Below are positions 30,821 to 39,995 of a DNA stretch of 64,000 nt, one piece after another; the stretch's first letter is position 1; each line of letters opens with the position of its first letter. The notes beneath the pieces are model-generated. The model worked only from the letters and a program-made list of their open reading frames with translations. It ran no database searches and was not told the origin of the DNA. Location of the stretch: positions 1,088,001 to 1,152,000 of the forward strand of contig CAXXDV010000003.1 of assembly GCA_963674745.2 (NCBI GenBank). Direction: 5' to 3'. This DNA comes from Desulfosudaceae bacterium. Its GTDB lineage: Bacteria; Desulfobacterota; Desulfobacteria; Desulfobacterales; Desulfosudaceae. The position numbers were made by a program, and so were the translations under genes.

Positions 30821-31405
30821 ATGGGTTATTCTTCACTCAGAAAAATCAGGTCCCTCTACTTCACGTACAATGAGGTTGCGGAGATACTGAACATCAAGCC
30901 GGATTCCGCCCGGGTGCTGTGCTCCCGGTATGTGGCGGCCGGTCTGCTCATCCGCTTGAAAAGAAATGTCTATATTTTAAAGGAACGCTGGGATTATCTG
31001 GATGAAAACGAGATCATGCAGGTGGCCAATATTCTCCAGGTGCCATCATATATCTCCCTGACAACCGCCCTGTCGTATTATGGATACACAACCCAGATCC
31101 AGCAGAATTTTATGGAGTCGGTTTGCTTAAACCGAACAGGCAATAAGACGATTGAAGCAATCGAATTCAATTTTACCAAAGTATCACGACCTTATTATTT
31201 TGATTTTGACAGGATAAACGGCGTGTTTATCGCTTCTGCGGAAAAAGCGCTGGCCGATGCGCTTTACCTGATGTCCCTGGGCAGATACAGCCTCGATTTT
31301 GCCGCCCTGGAAAGCAGCCGAATCGACAGCAATAAACTGGAAAACCTGCTGGGAAGATACCCGGAAAAAACCCGAAACCTCTGGAGAACACGTGGACCAG
31401 CTTAA
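30821..31405 (+). CDS. abiEi: Type IV toxin-antitoxin antitoxin, AbiEi family
   Basis: wHTH N-terminus LIRLKRNVY, PSYISLTTALSYYG, ASAEKALAD; overlaps the downstream toxin gene. Confidence 0.85.
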   Translation: MGYSSLRKIRSLYFTYNEVAEILNIKPDSARVLCSRYVAAGLLIRLKRNVYILKERWDYLDENEIMQVANILQVPSYISLTTALSYYGYTTQIQQNFMESVCLNRTGNKTIEAIEFNFTKVSRPYYFDFDRINGVFIASAEKALADALYLMSLGRYSLDFAALESSRIDSNKLENLLGRYPEKTRNLWRTRGPA

Positions 31406-32060
31406 ACAACACGAAATTTTTGAAATCGAAACCCTTCAGTTTATGAAGAACCGGCGCCTGCTCGACAGCCTGGTCTTCGGTGGTGATACCATGCTGCGTT
31501 TGTGCCACGGCCTGAACAGGTATTCTGTTGACCTTGATTTCTATTTAAAAGACCAAACCGCCCACGACCGTTTTTTTCAAAAAATCACATCAGAATTCGC
31601 CGGCCCGTTCGTGGTTACCGACAGTCACAATAAACGGAATACCATCCTCCAGGAAATCAAACATGAACGTTACGGGATGAAGCTTAAGATCGAAATCAAT
31701 AAAATGCGGCGTTTTACGGCCTATCAGACGACGATTGCTTTTTCGCCCCATGCCGCCATGCAGGTACATGTGGATACGGTTCCGTTAAAAGACATGATGA
31801 ACAATAAAATTGAAGCCCTTCTGTCCAGAAAGGAAATACGCGATGCCTTTGATATTGAATTCCTGTTACGCCGGGAGGTAGTCTTTCCCGAAGACAGGCA
31901 GAAAGCCAGTGCGGTCCTGAAAACCATTCAGGCTTTTAAGAAAAACGATTTTTATGTAAAACTCGGCTCCCTGCTGTCGCCCGATGACAGGGCATATTAC
32001 CGGGAAAACCGCTTTGCCTACCTGGAACGGTACCTGACAGCGCTTACCCGAAAAGACTAA
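31392..32060 (+). CDS. abiEii: AbiEii/AbiGii nucleotidyltransferase toxin
   Basis: FGGDTMLRLCHGLNRYSVDLDF, KIEIN, KIEALLSR...RDAFD; GTG start at 31392 after GGAG. Confidence 0.87.
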   Translation: MDQLKQHEIFEIETLQFMKNRRLLDSLVFGGDTMLRLCHGLNRYSVDLDFYLKDQTAHDRFFQKITSEFAGPFVVTDSHNKRNTILQEIKHERYGMKLKIEINKMRRFTAYQTTIAFSPHAAMQVHVDTVPLKDMMNNKIEALLSRKEIRDAFDIEFLLRREVVFPEDRQKASAVLKTIQAFKKNDFYVKLGSLLSPDDRAYYRENRFAYLERYLTALTRKD

Positions 32061-32178
32061 ACACCTTAAACCTGAAATCGTAGGGGCACCCCCCTGTGGA
32101 TGCCCATCATCAGGGCGGCCACAGGGGGCCGCCCCTACAACAATTTCGATCGACCACCAAAACGAAAGACGCCTGCAA

Positions 32179-33579
32179 ATGAAAATTACATTGATATTTC
32201 CGGCAAGGGAAAAAGATATCGCCCGCGGCATGATGAGTATCCCGCCGGCCGGTATCACGCGGCTGGCCGCACTGGTCCCGGAAGAGGATGAAGTGAAACT
32301 GGTGGACATGCTCAGTAATGACCGGGTGGACTACAACGCGCCGGTTGACCTGGTCGGCATAACGGTCAGAACGCCGGTGGCCTCTGTTGCCTACAAGATT
32401 GCCGACCAGTTCAGGGCCCGGGGCGTGCCGGTGGTCCTGGGCGGCCCCCATGCCTCGGCCGTGCCCCTGGACGCGGCGCTCCATGCCGATATGGTGGTCG
32501 TGGGCGAAGCCGAAACCACCTGGCCCCGTTTGCTGGAAGATTTTAAAAAAGGGGAAGCCCGACGGTTTTATGTCTGCGGCCCCCTGAATTTTGATCCCGG
32601 CCAATCATCCCTGTTTCATGAACCCAAACTGCCGCCCCTGGCCGGTCTTCCGGCACCGGGAAACGAACTGCTTCCCCGAAGACGGTATATCATGGATTCG
32701 ATCATCACCACCCGGGGATGCCCGTTTGACTGTTCCTTCTGCCCGGTAACGACCCTGTTCGGCAAAAAGCCCCGGCACCGGCCGGTCGAAGAGGTCGTCA
32801 ACGAGGTGGCCGCCATGAAAAAGCGCATTTATTTCAACCTGGATGACAATATCTTCGGCATTCCCGGGGATGAAGACTACTACCTGGATCTTTTCGCAAA
32901 ACTGGCCGCCTTGAAAAAGAAACGGTTCTGGAGCGGTCAGGCCGGGCTGGGCGTGGTCGATACGGAAAAAGGGCGGACCATTCTCCGGCTGGCCGTCAAA
33001 AGCGGCCTGAAACTGGTGTCCGTGGGGATCGAGTCTGTTTCCAAACAGGGCCTGCTCGAGTCCGACGCCGCCAAAAAGCTGTCCAATAAAGACAACCATA
33101 CCCCCAGCCTGGATACCATACTCGACCAGATCCGCGTCCTCAAAGACCACGGCCTGTTTATCCTGGCCTGGTTCGTCATCGGCTGGGACAGCGACACGAC
33201 AGACCAGTACCAGAGCACCCTGGAATTTGCCGATCGGGCCGGGATCGTCCCGATAATCGTAAACCTCTATCCCATGCCGGGCACCCGGCTTTACGACGAT
33301 TTTACCGCGGCCGGCAGAATGAAACCCGGCCTGGACTGGCAAGATTTCAGCCTGGCCGGCAACAACATTGTCTATCACCACCCGCTGCTCAGCGAGCAGG
33401 AGATGGTAGCCGGCGCCGCCGCCGCCATGCGCGACGCCTATTCATGGGGCCGCCGGTTCAAAAGAAGCCTCGACCTCTTGCGCCACAACCCCCGGCCCCT
33501 GAGCTTCCCCCTGTCCATGATCATGCAGCACCGGTTCAAAAAGAACTTCCCCACGGAATTTAGCCACCTGAAAACTTGA
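32179..33579 (+). CDS. B12-binding domain radical SAM protein
   Basis: VVLGGPHAS, VVGEAE, TRGCPFDCSFC, LDDNI, VGIES, PMPGT. Confidence 0.9.
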   Translation: MKITLIFPAREKDIARGMMSIPPAGITRLAALVPEEDEVKLVDMLSNDRVDYNAPVDLVGITVRTPVASVAYKIADQFRARGVPVVLGGPHASAVPLDAALHADMVVVGEAETTWPRLLEDFKKGEARRFYVCGPLNFDPGQSSLFHEPKLPPLAGLPAPGNELLPRRRYIMDSIITTRGCPFDCSFCPVTTLFGKKPRHRPVEEVVNEVAAMKKRIYFNLDDNIFGIPGDEDYYLDLFAKLAALKKKRFWSGQAGLGVVDTEKGRTILRLAVKSGLKLVSVGIESVSKQGLLESDAAKKLSNKDNHTPSLDTILDQIRVLKDHGLFILAWFVIGWDSDTTDQYQSTLEFADRAGIVPIIVNLYPMPGTRLYDDFTAAGRMKPGLDWQDFSLAGNNIVYHHPLLSEQEMVAGAAAAMRDAYSWGRRFKRSLDLLRHNPRPLSFPLSMIMQHRFKKNFPTEFSHLKT

Positions 33580-33610
33580 ATCCCGTGGTTGACTGCGTGT
33601 TCCCCGGCCC

Positions 33611-34101
33611 GTAGGGGCAACCCCCCGTGGTTGCCCACCACCAGGGCAGTCACAGGGGCCTGCCCCTACATTGTCCCTGAACGTTTCCCCCGTGACCCGT
33701 AGGGGCAACCCCCCCGTGGTTGCCCTCCACCAGGGCAGGCACAGGGGCCTGCCCCTACATCGTTCCTGAACGTTTCCCCCGGCCCGTAGGGGCAACCCCC
33801 CGTGGTTGCCCACCACCAGGGCAGTCACAGGGGCCTGCCCCTACATCGTTCCTGAACGTTTCCCCCGGCCCGTAGGGGCAACCCCCCGTGGTTGCCCATC
33901 ACCCGTGCAGGCACAGGGGCCTGCCCCTACATCGTCCCTGAACGTTTCCCCCGACCCGTAGGGGCAACCCCCCGTGGTTGCCCATCATCAGGGCAGGCAC
34001 GGGGGCCTGCCCCTACATTGTCCCTGAACGTTTCCCCCGACCCGTAGGGGCAACCCCCCGTGGTTGCCCACCACCAAGGCAGTCACAGGGGCCTGCCCCT
34101 C
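33611..34101. repeat. Tandem array of REP doublets, 86-88-bp period (6 units)
   Basis: GTAG starts at 33611, 33699, 33786, 33872, 33958 and 34044; linker at(c/t)gt(c/t)cctgaacgtttccccc. Shorter arrays of this type at 30412, 35400 and 42224. Confidence 0.95.
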
Positions 34102-34120
34102 ATATGGATGCCCCCAAATA

Positions 34121-34170
34121 TGTGAAAAACTCAAATCGTACTTGACATTTTCACAAAAAGAACCTATCGT
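34121..34170 (+). promoter_or_regulatory. Leaderless sigma70-type promoter with an inverted repeat over the -35 box
   Basis: TTGACA 34142, N17, TATCGT 34165, 6 nt, ATG 34177; IR tgtgaaaa..tcaa / ttga..ttttcaca. Confidence 0.65.
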
Positions 34171-34176
34171 ACAAAT

Positions 34177-35334
34177 ATGATTACGCGTGATATATCACAG
34201 GAGCTGACCGCTTCCGCCAAAGAATACCCGGTAACGACCATCTTCGGTCCCCGTCAATCCGGTAAGACCACGCTGGCCAAAATGACGTTTCCCGATAAGC
34301 CTTACTATTCCATGGAAGATCCGGACACCCGCCTGGCTGCAAAAACAGACCCCAGGGGGTTTTTAAGCACTATCCCCGACGGCGCTGTTCTGGATGAAAT
34401 TCAACGCCTGCCCGAATTGCTGTCTTACCTTCAGGGGGTTGTGGATCAGACCAACAGGGCGGGCATGTTTGTTTTAACCGGCAGCCATCAACCCGAGGTT
34501 CATCAGGCCGTCAGCCAGACCCTGGCCGGCCGTACGGCCCTGTTAACCCTGCTGCCTTTTTCCATCCATGAACTGCAGGCGTATAAAAAAAAATGGGACG
34601 CTTTTGATTTGATTGCCTCCGGCGCCTTTCCGCGCCTGCACCAGGAAAAGCTGACCCCGCCCCGTTTTTTCAACGGCTATATTCAAACCTATGTTGAAAG
34701 GGATGTGCGGTCACTGGTGAACATAAAAGACCTGGGGCTGTTTCAGCAGTTTCTTACCCTGCTTGCAGGAAGGGTCGGGCAGGTCGTCAACTATACTTCC
34801 CTTGGCAACGACCTGGGTTTGACAGGCACCACCATTAAGAACTGGCTGAGCGTTTTAAAAGCCTCTTTCGTTGTTTTTGAATTACCCCCGTTTTTTGAAA
34901 ACATCGGCAAACGGGTAATCAAATCACCCAAAATCTATTTTACCGATACCGGCCTGGTAAGCCATCTTCTGGGTATCAATTCTCCGGATCAGGTCGCACG
35001 TGACCCCCTCCGGGGCGGTTTGTATGAGAACCTGGTCATCCTGGAGATTCTAAAATCGTTTTACAACCATGGCCGGCGACCGGACCTTTTCTTTTACCGG
35101 GACACCCATGGCAATGAAGTGGACCTGGTTATCCGGCAGCACCGGCAATTATTGCCCATCGAGATCAAATCCGCCGCCACCTTTACCAAAGACTTTCTTA
35201 AGGGACTCAAACAATTCCGCAAGCAGACACCAGAACGAAGCATCCCGGGGTTTGTCCTGTATAACGGCACTGACCAATATCAGGTCGATGATACCGCCAT
35301 ACAAAACATCCTCGTTCACGGCCTGCCGGTATAA
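34177..35334 (+). CDS. AAA_14 ATPase with DUF4143
   Basis: GPRQSGKT, LDEIQR, LTGS, LAGR, YVERD, KSPKIYFTDTG, EVDL...IEIK. Confidence 0.9.
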   Translation: MITRDISQELTASAKEYPVTTIFGPRQSGKTTLAKMTFPDKPYYSMEDPDTRLAAKTDPRGFLSTIPDGAVLDEIQRLPELLSYLQGVVDQTNRAGMFVLTGSHQPEVHQAVSQTLAGRTALLTLLPFSIHELQAYKKKWDAFDLIASGAFPRLHQEKLTPPRFFNGYIQTYVERDVRSLVNIKDLGLFQQFLTLLAGRVGQVVNYTSLGNDLGLTGTTIKNWLSVLKASFVVFELPPFFENIGKRVIKSPKIYFTDTGLVSHLLGINSPDQVARDPLRGGLYENLVILEILKSFYNHGRRPDLFFYRDTHGNEVDLVIRQHRQLLPIEIKSAATFTKDFLKGLKQFRKQTPERSIPGFVLYNGTDQYQVDDTAIQNILVHGLPV

Positions 35335-35886
35335 CATGTTGGGCCTGCCCCTATAACCCCAATCCCGAACCTAAAACCTCAAACCTCGAACCCCGACCCG
35401 TAGGGGCAACCCCCCGTGGTTGCCCTTCACCTGGGCAGGCACAGGGGCCTGCCCCTACATCGTCCCTGAACGTTTCCCCCGACCCGTAGGGGCAACCCCC
35501 CGTGGTTGCCCTTCATCAGGGCAGGCACAGGGGCCTGCCCCTACATCGTCCCTGAACGTTTCCCCCGGCCCGTAGGGGCAACCCCCCGTGGTTGCCCATC
35601 ATCAGAGCAGGCACAGGGGCCTGCCCCTACAACTCAAACCCCGAACCCCGAACCCACCTACCTCGTCATGCCGGACCCCGATCCGGCATCCAGATCGGCT
35701 GGCCATAAATATTCAACTGAACGTGATCCAAGAAAACCAGCCAAAAGACCCCGCCCCCCTTAACCACTTAATCACATAATCACATAATCACTTAACCACA
35801 TAATCACATTGACAATTTTACCCCGACAGTACAAAAATGAATATACCGGCCATTTTATCCGTTTTATCTTTTGAAAGAGAACGACA

Positions 35887-36405
35887 ATGCTGATCGACAA
35901 ATTCCTCAAAAACATCGACTTTGACGAAACCCACCACATCACCATCGCCAACCCCCCGGAATCGGTTTACCCCTGTATCTGGGAACTGGATTTCTGTGAA
36001 TCAAAAATCATCCGCCTGCTGTTTACCCTGCGCGGCCTGCCGCGTCAGATGTGCTGCTTAAAAGGCTGCATCGATATCGGGTTTGTCGTGCTGGCAGAAG
36101 AAAAAAACAAGGAACTGGTGCTGGGCCTCTTGATCGATCCCCCGCACTTCAAACCGGCCCGGGTCAAACCAAAAGAATTTATCCGTTTTAACAATAAACA
36201 CCACATCAAGGTGGTCTGGAACTTTTACCTGAAGCCGGACAAACACGGCAACACCGTCCTGACAACCCACACAAGGGTAGGGTGCGCCAGCCCGATGTCC
36301 AGGATGTTCTTCGGCGTCTACTGGCTGATCATCTCCTATTTCAGCGGCCTTATTCGCAAGATCATGCTCAAGCTGATTAAAAACAACGCTGAAAAGGCCG
36401 CCTGA
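35887..36405 (+). CDS. Conserved hypothetical protein (SRPBCC/DUF2867-like)
   Basis: 172 aa; own TTGACA promoter; FDETHHI, LFTLRGL, VVWNF, LTTHTRV, YWLIISYFSGLIRK pattern. Confidence 0.65.
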   Translation: MLIDKFLKNIDFDETHHITIANPPESVYPCIWELDFCESKIIRLLFTLRGLPRQMCCLKGCIDIGFVVLAEEKNKELVLGLLIDPPHFKPARVKPKEFIRFNNKHHIKVVWNFYLKPDKHGNTVLTTHTRVGCASPMSRMFFGVYWLIISYFSGLIRKIMLKLIKNNAEKAA

Positions 36406-36620
36406 AAAACTTTACCGCTAACCATCTCGAACCCCGAACCCCGAACCTTGAACCCTGAACCCTGAACCCTGAACCCACCTGACCACTTTGAAAGTCATCA
36501 TGAATATGGTATAGAAAACAACAGCCTATCTAAAGGGCAGGGGTTTTGTTATAAATGACCAGGTTCGCGGCACAACGCCCCAACCGGTCGCCGAATCCAA
36601 ACGGCTGGAAGCCAAGCCGT

Positions 36621-37010
36621 ACCGCTTTGCTTGAATTTTACTGGCGTTTGGGCGCGGATATCGCGGAAAAGCAGAAAAACGCCACCTGGGGCAGCGGCTT
36701 TCTCAAGCAGCTCAGCAAAGACCTGATGGCAGAATTCCCTGATATGAAAGGGTTTTCCCGGAGAAATCTGGAAATCATCAGGAGATGGTATCTCTTTTAT
36801 TCTCAGGGGGATGCAAAAGCGAAGCAGCCTGCTTCGCTTTTGCGGCAACAGCCTGTTGCCAAATTGTTTCAAATTCCCTGGTGGCACAATGTCGTCATTA
36901 TTCAAAAATGCAGCACCGTAGAACAAGCCCTGTTTTATGTCCAAAAAACCGTCGAGTACAACTGGTCGCGCAGTGTGCTGATCCATCAAAAGGAAAAATA
37001 CGTAAGGTAA
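36621..37010 (+). pseudogene. DUF1016 (YhcG) N-terminal fragment
   Basis: Near-identical to 46236-46580 outside a variable block; lacks RBS, start and the nuclease domain. Confidence 0.85.
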
Positions 37011-37054
37011 GAAGTTACAGATGAGGTATTGCGGGAATCCCTAAAGACCTTTTG

Positions 37055-37423
37055 CTAAAGGTCTTTTTTCATCCTGGTTATTGTATTTATCAAATCGGGC
37101 ATGTGGTCCTTGCAGATGGAAAAAACGATTTCGGCATTCAGGTCAAAATAATGGTGGCTGATAATGTCGCGCATTCCCATGACGCCTTTCCAGTCCATTT
37201 CCGGATATCGACAAAGAAGTTGTCCGTTTGAGACTTTATCAAGGTTCTTTACGCTTTCGCCGATGGCGATCAGCATCATGCAAATGGCGTCCAGTTTATC
37301 AATACCCGATTCTGTTGAGAGGAAATCATCCGAGGAATTAATCCCCTCGAATCTTCGCGTAATGCGGTTTGAGGCAGTAATAATCTGATTGAGAATTTCT
37401 TCAACAAGGTCTCTATCAAACAT
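37055..37423 (-). CDS. HEPN (DUF86/HepT-like) RNase toxin
   Basis: IGES, WKGVMGMRDIISHHYF (Rx4H); overlaps the MNT gene. Confidence 0.88.
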   Translation of the reverse strand: MFDRDLVEEILNQIITASNRITRRFEGINSSDDFLSTESGIDKLDAICMMLIAIGESVKNLDKVSNGQLLCRYPEMDWKGVMGMRDIISHHYFDLNAEIVFSICKDHMPDLINTITRMKKDL

Positions 37424-37721
37424 ACACGGCCTCTTGATCGATACGCATTTTTAAAAAAGCATTCATTTTTTTGCGGTAATGAACAATATCGACCTTCCTT
37501 TTATATTCATTTTCGAGTTCTTCTTTAATATGGACAAGTGAAAAAAGATCCGGCTTGCTCATTTTGACAACGATATCCACATCGTTAACCTGTGTAGCTT
37601 TCCCTCTTGCCAGAGAGCCAAAGATTCCGATACTGGTAACAAAATAACTGGCCTCAAAGTCGGCCTTTCTTTTCTTCAGAATTTTAAGACCTTCTTCCAG
37701 TGTTAGTGGCTGAACCTGCAT
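37416..37721 (-). CDS. Minimal nucleotidyltransferase (MNT) antitoxin
   Basis: IGIFGSLARG...DVDIVV, KVDIV; start ATG 37721 after GGAG. Confidence 0.87.
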   Translation of the reverse strand: MQVQPLTLEEGLKILKKRKADFEASYFVTSIGIFGSLARGKATQVNDVDIVVKMSKPDLFSLVHIKEELENEYKRKVDIVHYRKKMNAFLKMRIDQEAVYV

Positions 37722-37924
37722 CAATATTATCTCCAAGAAAGAATAACTAAATGATATTTATGTGATATTTGATTGTTTACCAAATTATTACAATGATAAC
37801 ATTGCTGAATATAAGTGCAATAGAAATCGACCAGCGCTCACAGGCGGTTGCCCTTACACATATTTGAGAACAGCCTCGAACCCCAAGCCGGTCGCCGAAT
37901 CCAGACCGCTGGAAGCCGTAATCA

Positions 37925-38080
37925 AAAACATAGAATTTCTCGGGATATGGGAGCATCTGAACAACCCCGTGTTTAAACCCGTCGAATTCGACGGGTTTAG
38001 AATCCAGGCCGGATTAAACAGCTTTACGCTCACACCCAAACAGTGGATAGAAAAAACCGGGGCCATAGGGATTATTTCCA
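37925..38080 (+). pseudogene. KilA-N domain fragment
   Basis: IEFLGIWEHLNNPVFKPVEFDGFRIQAGLNSFTLTPKQWIEKTGAIGIIS; near-identical to 41670-41817. Confidence 0.8.
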
Positions 38081-38243
38081 ATTTGCGAAACAGCCTGTTT
38101 CGCAATTACCCCAAAATGCGCAACGGTCCGCTTCACAATTAACAAAACAGATCGCTTCTCAAATCTATCGACGATTCCAAGAAATCTATCGTTAAACCCC
38201 AACCCCCGAAGCTTAAAACCCTGGCACCACACAAATAAACATA

Positions 38244-38550
38244 CTATCCTTGTTGATGCGTTTGAACCAGGTTGATGATGAATGCAATTAATTTTTCTGC
38301 TTTGGGTATCCAGGGCAATACCTGAGACTCATTAAAGCTGACAAAATCGATATAATCTCCTTCCTGCCGTCTTTCAAACAAGTCGTTATAGATTTGGGCC
38401 AAGTCCCTGGGGATTTTTACGGTTTTAACATATTGCTGATTAAAAAGGCTGCGTATGCCGGAATGCTTGGAAGAAGATTGATTGTCCAGCTTCCAGCGTT
38501 TCTTCAGCTCGTGCCAGGCGATGGGAAATCAGGTCCTGGTTCCATTCCAT
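38244..38550 (-). pseudogene. HEPN-domain gene with internal deletion/frameshift (not in ORF track)
   Basis: ATG overlaps the MNT stop (TGATG). Reads MEWNQDLISHRLARAEETLEA, then shifts frame to SSKHSGIRSLFNQQYVK...LFERRQEGDY...QQG-stop. The usual central NRLYYA-type helix is absent. Confidence 0.75.
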
Positions 38551-38864
38551 CAAATACGGATTCCTTCGGCTTCTACCTGCTGAAAAAATGGCATACCCTG
38601 GTAGCGTTCACTTTGCCATTCCCGGTGAGACCTGACAATAGCGGAGATAACCGTTCCGGCCTCCCATTCAATCTCATAGAGACGGTGACGAATGCGATCA
38701 GTGCGTTCATCATTCACAATACCATCTACCAGAACCAGCAGATCCCAGTCCGAATCCGGTCCGGCATCTCCCCGAGATCGGGAGCCGTAAAGAATAATCT
38801 CTGCCGTCGGTTCAACTTCATGAACTGCCTGCCTGATTTGAAGCAATAATCGGTCCTTATCCAT
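38550..38864 (-). CDS. Minimal nucleotidyltransferase (MNT)
   Basis: IILYGSRSRGDAGPDSDWDLLVL; ends EGIRI. Confidence 0.88.
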   Translation of the reverse strand: MDKDRLLLQIRQAVHEVEPTAEIILYGSRSRGDAGPDSDWDLLVLVDGIVNDERTDRIRHRLYEIEWEAGTVISAIVRSHREWQSERYQGMPFFQQVEAEGIRI

Positions 38865-39158
38865 GGGTTTATACCCCTTTCTTCTTCATCTCGGTCAAGA
38901 CTGCCAGCGGCGGGCGCGATCCGGAATCCAGCCCCTCCAGGCCACAAACACACCCCTGAACAATCTTCAAGAAGGCAAAACACCCACCCCGGCCCGTAGG
39001 GGCAGGGCGTGCCGTGCCCAATATCCCCGTGGTCGCCCTCCATCGGGCAGGTACAGGGGCCTGCCCCTACATCGTCCCTGAACGTTTCCCCCGGCCCGTA
39101 GGGGCAACCCCCCGTGGTTGCCCTTGTTTTACCTGCATGATTTCCCGTTTGCTTATCC

Positions 39159-39659
39159 TTAAATCTCGTAACAATCGAGGATCTGGCCGAAGTAGAGCAC
39201 ATGGTAGTCTTTGTCCGGGTAAATCGACCGGTATTCATCTACCAGGTAGGTCGGGTCCATTTCATTTTTAAATACGATTTTGCATTCGAAATGAATGCCG
39301 GGCACATTGATAACAGGAGAAACCACTTTCTGGCTTTTACGGGTCGCCAGTTTACATTTTTTGTACTTGTTTACATCTTTACCTGATTTTGTTCCGCAGC
39401 ATAAAATCTTATCTTTCATGTTTTTCAGGGGGACCGAAACAGTAAAATCTTCAGCTTGTTCCAAAATGGAGAAGGTGTGCCTTGATTTACGCACGGCAAT
39501 CATCAATATCGGCTTTTGCCAGACAACACCGATCGTCGCCCAGCCTATGATCGTTGTGTTCATCTCATCGTCCGATTTAACCGTCAGAAAAGCCCCTTCG
39601 GCCATCTGTTTCATCACCTTTTCCGCAACCGCCATGTAATCTACCTGTTTAATTGACAC
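39159..39659 (-). CDS. Flavin reductase-like FMN-binding protein
   Basis: NTTIIGW, AVRKSRHT, CGTKSGKDVNK, FECK, YHVLYFGQI; RBS AGGAGG. Confidence 0.85.
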   Translation of the reverse strand: MSIKQVDYMAVAEKVMKQMAEGAFLTVKSDDEMNTTIIGWATIGVVWQKPILMIAVRKSRHTFSILEQAEDFTVSVPLKNMKDKILCCGTKSGKDVNKYKKCKLATRKSQKVVSPVINVPGIHFECKIVFKNEMDPTYLVDEYRSIYPDKDYHVLYFGQILDCYEI

Positions 39660-39995
39660 CTGGGCCTCCTGTGATTGTTTTTATTCTGTTTTTCCCTATC
39701 AGCCGGACTTTTGCTTTTTTTACCTGTTTATTCTCCATTAATACCAATCACGCCCATTTTCTGTCAATATTACCAGGGCCACCATAATCACCTGATCCCC
39801 CTGAACCCCAAACCTTAAACCCTGAACCCTGAACCCTGAACCTTCGAACCCCGAACCGCCTGACCACTTTAAAAATCATCATTAATATGGTAAAGAAGAC
39901 AACAGCCTATCTAAAGGCCCAGGCTACGCCCACACCGCTCGCCGAATCCAAACGGCAGGAAGCCGTATACAAAAAAAACATGGAGGTTTTGGGTT

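Noticed and set aside
19708..34101. Tandem arrays as CRISPR arrays
   Set aside because: The intervening sequences are near-identical rather than unique spacers, the units are GTAG REP doublets, and no cas genes are present.
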